From contig CM035350.1 of assembly GCA_020137815.1 (NCBI GenBank), forward strand, positions 1,302,001 through 1,366,000: a DNA stretch of 64,000 nucleotides, given 5' to 3'. This stretch comes from Hormiphora californensis (lineage: Eukaryota; Animalia; Ctenophora). A program made the position numbers and the translations under genes. Position 1 is the first letter of the stretch. Every line of letters starts with the position of its first letter. Below are positions 16,773-28,562 of this stretch, piece by piece. The notes below the pieces were generated by a model. It made no database searches. It was not told the origin of the DNA and saw nothing but the letters and a program-made list of their open reading frames with translations.

Positions 16773-17686
16773 GAGCTGGAATGCTAGGGGTTGTCATGAC
16801 AACTAGAGACTCTATATATATAGGTTTTCTTACTGGATTTCTTACTCTTTTATCAACTTGGTAGTAGAGCCCTATTTCAAGTAGATGAACACTGACTAGA
16901 GACTGAAACTGTTCAGAGAACTCTGAGAAAGAGAGAGATACACGTGATCAAGACATCATGATAATCATATCATGATAACATAACATATTATCTAAATCTA
17001 ATGCATAGTATTTATTATTGTAAGTATGCAGTTCGTGTAAATTATTAATGCCTCATTAAGGGCCCAATAATATCTATGTGATTGAGTTTATTTGAATTGA
17101 TATGATCCCATGACGGTAGTGGGAAAGAGAACACAACAAGTGCAAGGGAGCGTTACAGAGTGAATAATGAAATTGACTGACCCAAGTACAGTGTGTACCC
17201 TGAAGAGGGAAGAGATATCAGAGAGGAATATTTATTTTTTGTGTGTTTCGGGTTTGTGCGTACCCTTTTCTCCACTTTTTTGCTCTATACTTTTTCTTTA
17301 ACTTTCCCACTATTGCTGTTCTTACAAAAAATATTCTGTGTCTCAATTGTAACGACAAATGTCGGTGTTTCAAAGGTTTGGACTATGGCCCCCTTGTGAG
17401 AGACAATCACGGTTATCTACTAGTACTACTGGCATTATAGTCTACTATTGGCAGTTTGAACATCGTGCCGTCCTACTCCTACTAGGAGTCCTAGTAGATA
17501 TTTTACATCATGCCTAGCTAACAGCATATATCATCTCCCTGCTTTCTCCCTCCCTCCCTCTATCTTCCGTCTATCTTTCCGTCTCTCCCTCCTATCTTTC
17601 CGTCTATATATCTCTCCCTGTCTCATGCTATTGGATAATGCACTGTATGTGCATTACTTCAATTCTTTCATTATCATCAAAGGAAC

Positions 17687-17810
<124 letters not shown>

Positions 17811-18277
17811 GCACACGTCCTAAGTAATCATCGCTGTAGTGCAGCAGCCCCTAACATGCATTATATAAAGCATGCAAAATGTTAAATTTTACAATTTACA
17901 CGTCCCTTCAATTCTCCTTGGTTTTGCAGCTCCTGATCTCGCTTCAACATGGACCTCATTTGAACTTGCAATGTATTGGTACTGCACAAAAAACGTGCAT
18001 GCTCTCTCCTTATAGTTCTTTAGGTCTTAGAGAGTAAACTCCAAGAGGTTTATATCAGGCTAAGGCTACAATTTACTCCACCACTTATCTAGTTATAAGA
18101 GAGATAATATGACTTCTCTCTAATCGGTCTCATTTAGCTTGTCTCGTGTTGTTTAGTAAGTTGGTTGCTATGATTCAAGGAATTGTGGTCATCTAACGAC
18201 TCCAGATCATATCTTATGTACACTCTCTGTTACAGTATACAGACCAGATCTTTGATAGCCACTCCGTTTAGTGCATT

Positions 18278-21148
18278 ATGACTGACACTATTTTGCCCGG
18301 GGAGGAGGTCGGTGGAGCGTGTGCCAGGGTCATCTTTACAGGTTTGTAAAGGCCGATAAATATGGATGGGTCTAGCTTCTACCAGTTCTCATTAGTGCTC
18401 GCCAGCGCTGCAGTAGTGGTCCCATTTCTTGTATTTTTCATACGCGGGTCTCAATAAGACAGGCCCCACCCACCACCCAACTCCATGAATCATGGGACAC
18501 CCTCAGGGTCTGACGAGACATGATTGGAATTCCCCCAATTTCTGAGAAGGTTTTCCCCTGTCCATATATTGACAGTGTTACAAGAGCTTGTCAGGAGATA
18601 AGAGGGGGGGGGTCAATCAGATCTGTCTTGAGAGTTGAGGGCTTAGGACCAACACATTATGTCATGACAGGGAGAGATGGGGGGGGGGGCTAATTACAGA
18701 TGACCCTCCTCTCAAAAACCGGACCCAATTACTCCTCTTCCCATATCACTCTTTCCCCTGCTCTCCCTCCCTCTCACCCTCCCTCTCCCTCTCTCTTACT
18801 CTCGACTAATTACTAATGACGTAGTGAGGGATTTACTGAGATTCTCAGTGAGAACAACTCATAATATAATAATTTCATGCCCCAGCCCCATACAATAACC
18901 TTTCAACGATCGGAATGGTTTAACTGGGAATTTACTTACCATCCTCCCCTAAAACTAAATGTAAAGCACACCCCTGACCCCTCCCCTTACTCAACAACCC
19001 CCTTATTTCAGGTCCTAACGGAATGAGTGACTACCGGGCCCAGGTTGTATCAGACTACGAGTACATTGGGGAGGCAGCGAACAACAAGAGCAGTACAACT
19101 AGCACTAAGTTCCTGTCTAGGGAGGCTGAAGGTGCTGAATACCCTCCCGCTAGGAAACAATACGTAGGTCTATCCTGTCAGAGCATTGGCCTGACAGAGT
19201 CTATCTGTTACGGAGCTGTCAGGCCAATGCTCTGACAGTTACGGAGGGAGCATTGCAGTTGCTTAGCAACAATCCCCTCTTGTGTTTACAACTTCACTAG
19301 TGTAATCTCTCTCGGTGGAAATGTCTATCAAATGTTCTCTCTTCAGGTAGGTGAGATAGGATGGATGGTAGGGGATGGATTTATGAACATGGTAAATGAT
19401 GGAGTGGTCAAGTCTGGCCACCAGATTCAGCGAAAATGGGCCCGCCAAGCCCTTGAGGATAGGACGACCCAGAAGATGCAGACCTTAGAAGGGTGAGTCA
19501 GATTGACAGACGTACTAGTGATCAGGAGAGACCCGTAGGGCTCCACCCTCTTTAGATCTGTCCCTTCTCCATCTCTTTTTTAGATCCTATTTTTGCATTG
19601 TACTCTCTCTTTCTATCTTTTCCTATATCATCCCATTTTATCAAGTCCCTCAAAGTTTACTTCAACCTCTCACATCCTCTCTATTTCAGGGGTCCGGACA
19701 ACTTAAATAGAGGTAAGCATAGTTATAGAAAGGGAATTTTTAGAAAGAGAGATAGAAAAAGATAATAGTCCAGTCATGAATCACGCGCCAGATGCTCCAA
19801 GTCCAATCTCGCTCCTTATGTCAGATCTTATTGTGTACTCCATATATATTTCTAAACCATGAGACCATGATTACCTACAGGTGCATTACCCCCTAATGCA
19901 CTGAGCAGCTGTTATTAGTCCAGACAATTATCCGACCAATTCTCTCTATCTCTATCTCAGTCTCTCTCTGCCACCTATCCATGGCTGCATTCTTAACAGT
20001 TCTTACTACATTGCAGTTATGGGCCTCTTCTGTTGTTTCTACCTAGACTACATCTTTGCATTGGTCTCCATAGCAACTCTAGTAGTCTCCACTCTACTAA
20101 ACCCCCTAGTTCTCTACTACCGGGTCTCCAACTTCTCCCGCTCCCTTCCCTCCATCCTATTCCTGGTTCTATCCATCACAGACCTCACTATGGGTCTACT
20201 TCTCCCCATATACATCTCCTACCATCTGCTAAAGCCCACCCGGGAGCCCCTAGTGAGACCTGCTACCCCTGGGGACGTCCTCCATTTTCTACTGTTTAGA
20301 GTCCTAGCCGGGGGGTCCGCCATCTTGACGGGTCTAATAGCGGTGTGTCGGTGGCTCCAAGTTAGACGGCCCATGATGGGGCTGGGTAGGAAGGTGGTGG
20401 TGGGGTACACTGTGTCAGTGTGGTTGGGCACCCAACTGGGAGGCAACCTGTACGGGGTGTTGAGGTGTGGACTGGATGGAGCTAACTGGACTAACAACTA
20501 CCAGACGGTGGTTACCAATGGGTGCGGGGTGCCCTCTCTCATGGCCCACTGGGTGGTTATCGGGCATGCCTGGGCAGGTCTGACAGCCTCCCTGGTAACA
20601 GTGGTTCAGTTGAGGAGGGTGGCCCACCCAGCCACAGTCAGATCAACTAGACATGGTATAGGAACCATCCTGGCCATGAACACCCTGTTATCTCTACACA
20701 CGGTGGTTACCATAGTGATGTTCCTAGTTAACAGACCCACCCTGGACTGGGATCACGGGCTGGTTGAGGGTTACCATGACGCCTCAGCACCCCTGAATGC
20801 AGCTCTCTACTACTTTCTACCAGTGGGATTCGCAGCATGGAACCCAGTACTAGTGTTGGCTGGGAACAAGAGAATCAGAGAGTTCTTAGTGAGAAGTGTC
20901 AACCCGCCCCATAGGCCCACCCTGCAGGCTTGTCTAGTTACAGGCAGTCGTAACTCAGTCTTATAGACCAGGGGTAAGAGTTGAGTAAGGGGTGATAAGA
21001 AATATATCTGTTAACCCACCATCCAACCACTACAGGCGTATCTGGTTACCCCCCTGGTATGACGCTGAGAGAGTCCCTGGGGTTCGTTGTACCCAATACA
21101 GCCCGATCTGAGGCCAGCAGTGCTGCAAGCAGTATCCAACAGGAATAG
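18278..21148 (+). CDS. SPMIP2: SPMIP2/C4orf45 (DUF4562) ciliary microtubule-inner-protein homologue
   Basis: Exons 18278-18341, 19012-19163, 19347-19492, 19690-19712, 21036-21148. RVIFTGPNGMSDY..YIGE..YVGEIGW..KSGHQI..EDRTT matches the recalled C4orf45 motifs IFTGPDYIKDY..YVGE..YVSEIGW..GSGFHI. Confidence 0.8.
20019..20966 (+). CDS. Intronless class A-like GPCR nested in SPMIP2 intron 19713-21035 (same strand)
   Basis: Seven hydrophobic segments; LLNPLV (TM1), LSITD (TM2), IAVCRW..RP (TM3), WNPV..NKRIR (TM7/H8). Confidence 0.85.
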   Translation: MGLFCCFYLDYIFALVSIATLVVSTLLNPLVLYYRVSNFSRSLPSILFLVLSITDLTMGLLLPIYISYHLLKPTREPLVRPATPGDVLHFLLFRVLAGGSAILTGLIAVCRWLQVRRPMMGLGRKVVVGYTVSVWLGTQLGGNLYGVLRCGLDGANWTNNYQTVVTNGCGVPSLMAHWVVIGHAWAGLTASLVTVVQLRRVAHPATVRSTRHGIGTILAMNTLLSLHTVVTIVMFLVNRPTLDWDHGLVEGYHDASAPLNAALYYFLPVGFAAWNPVLVLAGNKRIREFLVRSVNPPHRPTLQACLVTGSRNSVL

Positions 21149-21286
21149 GAACATTATGTATAGGACTGTGAAGAAACACTGGTGTGTTGAAAATGTAATC
21201 CTTTGTTCTAAATCTAATTTGAAAAGTTTGATATTCTCATAATTATGGGGGGGGGGGGGACATGTTAATTTTTTTAACTTTGTTAA

Positions 21287-22249
21287 GGCCAGAGGGGGGG
21301 GGGGTCGGGGGGTCTAAAAAGTCACTTTCGGACCAGATGAAATAGTTGGAATCGTTTTAGCGCGCACCGTTAAGGAAAAAATTGAGGTTAACTTTTGGCC
21401 CAAAATGAATGTAAACCTCAAAAAAGCTTGTATTTATGTCACCTACACAGATGAAAATGGTACCAATCGACAGATCTTATCAAGGAGACCAAGTAATCAA
21501 AGTTTCAGAGGTCTAAGTCATATAGTTGTTCAAATATTTGAGGTTAACATATCTCCCAAAAAACAACCTTTTGTTGAATATTTCAGAACATTTTTTTCAC
21601 TTTATGCTCCACTTCCTGAAGAGACGGCTAGGACCTGGGCCTTGAAACTTGGCAGTTATGATCCTGAGATGGTGAACTAAAAATCTGGTGCAGCGATTTT
21701 TGATTTAGGCCCTAGTTCCTGAAATATTGAGGTTAACGTTTCAAAAATCAAGCTTTTTAAAATGTTAACCTCAATATTTCAGGAACAAGGGCCTAAATCA
21801 AAAATCGCTGCACCAGATTTTTAGTTCACCATCTCAGGATCATAACTGCCAAGTTTCAAGGCCCAGGTCCTAGCCGTCTCTTCAGGAAGTGGAGCATAAA
21901 GTGAAATCGTGGACCTAAAGTTATCCAACAAAAGGTTGTTTTTTGGGAGATATGTTAACCTCAAATAACTGAGCAACGATATGACTTAGACCTCTGAAAC
22001 TTTGAATGCTTGGTCTCCTTGATAAGATCTATCGATTGGTACCATTTTCATCTGTGTAGGTGACATAAATACAAGCTTTTTTTGAGGTTTACATTCATTT
22101 TAGGCGAAAAGTTAACCTCAAAAAACAGGGCCTCCTGATACACTTGGTGCGCAGCTACCCTATCCAAAACTTTCCTACCCCCGAGTTACATCACATATGT
22201 AAACCTCAGAAAAGTGCATTTTTTGACCCTCGGACCCCCCCCTCTGGCC
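21287..22249. mobile_element. TTAA-targeted foldback MITE (Kolobok-like by RR..YY termini)
   Basis: TTAA at 21283-21286 and 22250-22253; TIR GGCCAGAGGGGGGG; internal near-perfect palindrome about 21380-22125 centred near 21750. Confidence 0.85.
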
Positions 22250-23349
22250 TTAATATTAACATCGAAAAAACAGGTGATTTATTAACATAATTAACAAAAG
22301 TTAACAAACATTAACAAATGCCATTTATACCATCTAAAGTCCCTTTAGCACGTGTTTTTTGGTATTACACATGCTGCATGTTGTTCTGCGAACAAAGATG
22401 TTCCTTCTGCATGATTTGCATACCCCCAAGCCGTCTACTACAGCCTTCCCACAACGATTTGTTCCATTTTGTAAATTCGAACAAAAACTAGCCAACCTGA
22501 ACCGCAATTGAGGTCAAATGACACTAATCCACATTTTCCAACCTTAAAAACTTAATAAGACTCATAAATTTACCTTCAATCGAAAAATATCCCAAAAATA
22601 ATTTTTTCTAAAAAAACACAAGGATTTGTAGCGAAGCAAATTTTCAATTTTTGACCAAAAAAAGCAATTTTGGGAATTTTTTCGTATTTTTCAAACAGAA
22701 ACGTTGTACATCACTTTCTTTCGTCTGAAGAATGGATTATCAATGAAAAAATTACATTCAAGTGACATTTTACACGCTAAATTGAAATATTCGTACTCTT
22801 TAAATTTTGATCGATTTGGAGCCAAAAAACTTGTATGTTGGACTTTGGTTATCGGAGGAGGCCTTGCATGGGTATACAAACGTTAGATAAGTTATTAAAC
22901 TACAAAATTAAATCAGTTAAAGTCGTATTATCAACCGATAACACCAATATTTTAGCATTTGTTAATTTTGTTAATTGGGGGGGTCGTCATGTTAATTTTG
23001 TTAATGTTTTGTTAATTAACAAACGACCCTTGGTGAAACATTAACAAAATTAACAAAATTAACAAAATTAACAAAAATCGCGTTTTAGATGTTTTTAGTC
23101 GGTTTATAGCTGTTTTATGTGTTTTTAGGTGTGTTTAGGTGTTTCTATCATAAACTCACTATCTCCCATGGCAGATATTTCATAGCTAGGATAGTTGTTT
23201 GGATTTTATCAAAGGTTTTGAGGTAAGAAAATAGTCATTATATAGTATACGAGTAAAGAACACCAGTTTAATGTATAAACTGGTTTTTATGGGCCAAATA
23301 TGGCTCACCCTGATTTAGTGGCACCCCGATTTAGTGGCAGGGATTTTCC

Positions 23350-24065
23350 TTGGTAACGAAGTTACCCCTCCCTTGCCGGCGCGGCGTGCGAAGCACGCCA
23401 AACGAAGGCCGCGAAGCGGCCTGAGTAGGGGTAACAAACCCGCTTTGATTCACTTCAAAAATTAATAGCTCCTCAACCACTCAATGAAAATGCACCAAAT
23501 TTTGGTATTCCCCACCAAATTGTCTGAAAATTATAATTCTGTTTTCATATTTAAAAAATTATCCCCGGAACCTTGGTTTTGAAATCAGTTTTAGGTGTTA
23601 ATGATGAAAAAAATTTTTGAAAAAGTAGGTCAGGTATGCTTAACATCATATCAAAGATCGTGGCAAAGTTTGAAGTTTCTATCTTGAAAGGTCTGGCCAT
23701 CAAAATTAAAAAGGTCTTGAAGTTGAACCATTTGTACAAAACATGTTGTAACTCAGCTTCTACTTTGCCAAATTAAACCTGGTTTGAAACACTGAACTGC
23801 TAATCTATCCCTCCGAATACGGACGAAGTTTGAAACCGCCAGCTCTATTGGCCGCTCTGCAATACTTGTTTGTGTCAAAGAAATCAGGAAAGTAACGAGA
23901 TTTGGTCTCGGTGTGGCCCTGTGCGCGGCTCAAACCCCTTAGCTAGAACTATGTAGTGTAGACTACAACTTTTCAGTGCTCAGTATAACGTTTTGGGCGC
24001 GCTATAAAAATAGGGCAAGCCCTTCTGATACCTCTAAACAGAGTGTGAGGTGTCTTCGATACCAA
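23350..24065. mobile_element. Insertion with 12-bp imperfect TIR, 9-bp flanking direct repeat and Helentron-like hairpins
   Basis: GGATTTTCC at 23341-23349 and 24066-24074; TTGGTAACGAAG / CTTCGATACCAA ends; GTTACCCCT..AGGGGTAAC stem encloses two GCGAAGC hairpins. Confidence 0.6.
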
Positions 24066-24514
24066 GGATTTTCCCCCCAAAAATTTTTAGAATTTTTTTT
24101 GTGAAATTTTCTTGAATTTTTTTTAAAAGGAATACCAGCCACGTCCGAATCGTGTTTCGAATCGGTGCATCTTATCGCATGTCCTGCTGCTAATTGGACA
24201 GTTCGGAACGAACCGATAAGTGATCCCCATGGGGCCATTGAATCACATGTTTACCAAGCGTCAAAATGGGGGGGGGGGGGGGGGGGTGCACCCAAAAAAA
24301 CCAACCATACCCTGGATTTTCAAAATTGTTGATTTTTTTGGTCGTTTTTGATTTTTTTGATTTTTTTGATCTTTTTTAATTTTTTTTGATCTTTTTTGAT
24401 CTTTTTTGATCTTTTTTTATTTTTTTTGATCGTTTTTGATTTTTTTAAAATTTTTTAATCGTTTTTTATTTTGTTTGATCGTTTTTGATTTTTTTGAACT
24501 TTTTTGTTCAACAT

Positions 24515-26202
24515 TAGGGTAGACCGGGGTAATTTGGACGGTTTTGGCATTCAATTGGTATTTCAAGAGCCATTAATTTACTTAATCAATTAGTTAGCTA
24601 CTCAATTTGTGCAACTGAACCTTTATCTTGAGCCTCAGAACAAATTTGAATCGAAAACATAACTTTTAGATAGCTAATTAACCTTGTTAATGAAGGTAAG
24701 TCGGAATATTTTTGATCGCGAGACACGGGGCAATTTGGACTAGTGGCTTCTACACCAATCACAATGCGCGCATTCAATCACGTGACCGCGACACACCACA
24801 TTGCCCCAGCTGTAAATCTGCGATGTAAATCAGACCGAGGTTGGGGCTATTTGGACAAACTTAGATTGTAGCCACAGTTTTTGAGATATCGATTTCAAAC
24901 TTTTCAGTCATCTAGTAACTTAGTATCCCGTGCTATTCCTTTTTTCAAAATTAGTTAATTAGGTAGTAATTAGCCTAATTAACCAAAAAATTAAGTGTTC
25001 ATCAAATCTATATCAACAGGGTGCATTTTCGAAAGCTCAGGATTAGCCTAGTCGATTAGAAAAAGATTTAATCTAATCCCGAATAGGGTTTTTGAGAAAA
25101 TCGACATCAAAGATCAAAAAGCCACAAATAAAGCTACGTTTTTCAAAGGAATGGTGTCTGTGTTTTCAGGTGCTTACAAGGCCAGAAATTTCTATTATGG
25201 GGATCCAGTCTAATAAATCATGTTCGTGGCTGATTCCCACTCAATGCAATTCCCTGGGGTTGCTATAGCAACGGAGTTTGTTACCATAGCAACCGGCGAA
25301 TTTGCAGTAATGTACTATTTTCTTGCTCCAAATTCACCCAATACATCCGTATTATTAGACTATCGATTGATTAAACATGATTGTGAATCACAATGAGACA
25401 TCAGACTGCCCTCAGTTACCAGCCATGGCAAGCCAATCAGTGGCTTTGGTTATCAAATGTATGCCTATTGCTCTAAGTTAGCCTGTAATTTATCCCTTTA
25501 TTCAGTTTTATCAGCTGTATAAGGATGATTATCATGATAAAACACTACTTTTGGTTATCAAAGCACCAGTCCTAGATATTCTGGAGCACCCCATTAAGTT
25601 GGTTTGTCGAATACCACACCATGGATTGACTTGTCACCTTGGCAAGCAGAGAATTGGGTGTAAAATGCGCCTTTTTTTCTATTTTTTTGGCCTATTTACT
25701 CAGTTTTAGCCATCTATATTGATTGAATAGGATAATTATGAAAGCAGGTTGTCTATGGTTACCATAGAAACGAGTATAATGGCGCCATGAGGCCAATTTG
25801 TTTTAACCAATTTGCCCCATGGGGCAATTTGGTCTAGTCCAAATTGCCCCATGGGGCAATCTGGATTATGACCGAATTGCCCCCGATTTTTTCGTCCGAA
25901 TTGCCCCAAATTGTCCGAATTGCCCCGCTTCATTAAAATGGCAATTAGCTAATTAAATCGAAAGCTAATGTCATTTTGATGAAGAAACTGAATAGAAAAT
26001 TATCATATTGTGAAATTCTGACCATTAATTTAAATAATTATCATAATTAAGTTTACCGAAATAAAGTTTAACTTTAAAGTCGTCATTTTTCGTTATTTCA
26101 CACTAAACACCACAATTTAAAAGTTCATATAAATCACTAGTCCACATTGCCCCGTCCTGTGACCACATTGCCCCACCGTCCAAATTACCCCGGTCTACCC
26201 TA
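24515..26202. mobile_element. Non-autonomous DNA transposon with 5-bp TSD (hAT5-like)
   Basis: Perfect 28-bp TIR TAGGGTAGACCGGGGTAATTTGGACGGT; AACAT at 24510-24514 and 26203-26207; internal GGGGCAATTTGG/AATTGCCCC repeats. Confidence 0.88.
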
Positions 26203-27205
26203 AACATTTTAAAAAAAATCAAAAACGATAAAAAAATTTCAAAAAAAATCAAAAAAATTCAAAAAAATTTAAAAAATCAAAAACGACCAAAAAAAATTCA
26301 AAAAAATCAAAAACGACCAAAAAAATCAAAGAAATTTCAATCAAAAACGACCAAAAAAAAACCAACCATACCCTGGGTTTCGGAAAAAGTTTGATTTTTT
26401 TGGGGTTGTACCCCCCCCCCCCCCCAATTTCGATTCGATGGCGATCACGTTTCAGTTCGTTCCGAACCGTCTAATTAGCAGCAGGACGGACGATTTTCAC
26501 AAAAAAATTCAAAAAAATTTTTGGGGAAAAAAATCCTGCCACTAAATCGGTGTGCCACTAAATCGGGGGCCACTAAATCAGGGTCCGACTGTATATCAGT
26601 GTTGATTAGATGGGTAGTACGTATAATATTGTCAAAAATAACGCAAATGATCTATTAAAGTGGGATTAAAAGCTTCAAAAAGACTTAAAAAAGCTTCTTT
26701 TTTTTGTTAATAATGTTAATAATGTTAATAATGTTAATGTTAACATTTTAAAAATTTTCATGAAACATTAACATTAACATGACGACCCCCCCTGTTAATT
26801 TTGTTAATTAACGTTAATTAACAAAATCGGAAAAAAGAGGTGATTTATTAACAATTAACATGTCCCCCCCCCCAGTGTTTTCATAAACTGTTTCCAGCTT
26901 TCAAAAGTTGCCACCCCACATCCGACATCCATACACCCACACCCCACAAAATGTAAAACAACAGACTGACAGGTGTGAACTAGACGAACTAAAATACCTG
27001 TGTGTGTTGGGACACACGAACATGTTCGAGGAAGGATGGTGGAGAGTTTATCGGTACCAGTCACCATATATCACTGTCACTACCTCTGCAGTAGATCTGA
27101 GCCTGATGTGGGCATGGTGTTAGCAGGGTGAAACATGATGATATTATCATGAACTCTTCAACAAAATTGCTTTTGCATAGAACAATCAACAATGAACCAT
27201 TTTGT

Positions 27206-27283
27206 TACGGCCTTCCTTGCACCTCCGGAGATCTCCTGGAGACGTCCCCGGGCCGGAAATCTCCGGAGGTGCAAGGGAGGCCG
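27206..27283. repeat. About 80-bp GC-rich hairpin / mini-MITE
   Basis: ACGGCCTTCCTTGCACCTCCGGAGAT ... ATCTCCGGAGGTGCAAGGGAGGCCGT. Confidence 0.7.
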
Positions 27284-27586
27284 TTATACCTTTAACTGCT
27301 TAATTGTTGTGTGGATCATTTTAGCTGCCCTTGTATTGTCGATACATCAAACTTTGATTCCCAGAGATCGGTTGAACATTTTGTATTGAGTGGGAGAGAT
27401 TGAGAGAAGTGCTTCTGTAAAATATCTGTTGGAATATAAAAATGTTTTGGAAGTGGAAGGATTTAGGAGTGACAGAAATTAAGTATTCATGAATGTGGGC
27501 CATGTTGTTGAGTGGGCCATGTTGTTGAGTAACAACAAGGGCCATGGGAAATGTCAGTAGAGTAATCGAGGTATATCGAAGGTACT

Positions 27587-27622
<36 letters not shown>

Positions 27623-27759
27623 GATATAGAGGAGAGCATATATAGAGACTAAGCTCGTCTATCGAGAGATAGCGATAGCGAGAGATAGAGATCGAGCTAG
27701 AGATATCTAGTAGAGAGAAGAGCCGATAGCGCTAGTCTCTCTCTCTCTACTCTCTCTTC

Positions 27760-27791
<32 letters not shown>

Positions 27792-27844
27792 ACTCTCTCT
27801 CTCTCTTCTCTCTCTCTCTCTCGCGCTCGCTCTCTCTCTCGCCA

Positions 27845-27877
<33 letters not shown>

Positions 27878-27919
27878 GTCTCTCTCTCCTCTCTCTCTCT
27901 TCTCTCTCTCTCTCTCTCG

Positions 27920-27953
<34 letters not shown>

Positions 27954-27960
27954 CTCTCTC

Positions 27961-28082
<122 letters not shown>

Positions 28083-28562
28083 CTCTCTTCTCCTCTCTCT
28101 TCTCTCTCTCTCTCGCTCTCCTCCTCTGGCCCTCTCGCGATACTCTTGCCGGTTGTAGAGAAAGTGTGCGAGAGGTAATAGTTTCTTATGTGTATTCTCT
28201 GATTGATAGAGGAATATGTAATAAGGTCCTTCTTGTTTGAGATTGTTTAAGATAAAGGAACATTCCAGCATTGGCCTGACCCTATTCTCATTTCTTCAAA
28301 TAAGCACGCGAGAACTGCGGTCAGAGCGTTGGCCTGAGTCCTGACCGGATTCCAGAAAGATGAATGATTGAAGGACCTTATTACATATTCGCCGAATATT
28401 ATTCGGGTATATATATTAGATTAGCAAAACACTGATATTCTAAGACAAGAATTCGAGCAAAATAAGTTATAAAAGCACACACACACAAAACGTTTTATAC
28501 AAGTTATGAAAATAACAACCCTTCCCCATGCAGAACCGACCCTGACAAATAAACTCTAGCTG

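Larger units (their letters stand above)
23299..26594. mobile_element. pogo/Tc1-like MITE with CCGATTTAGTGGC repeats and long A/T-rich inverted arms
   Basis: Right end GCCACTAAATCAGGGTCCGACTG-TA; degenerate left end ACCCTGATTTAGTGGC; arms 24066-24510 and 26208-26540 are partly inverted. Confidence 0.7.
21247..26873. mobile_element. Outer non-autonomous TIR element with GTTAA-rich subterminal repeats; host of nested insertions
   Basis: TIR (G)n-ACATGTTAATT ... AATTAACATGT-(C)n; internal inverted GGGGGGTCGTCATGTTAAT at about 22977 and 26775; no clear TSD. Confidence 0.7.
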
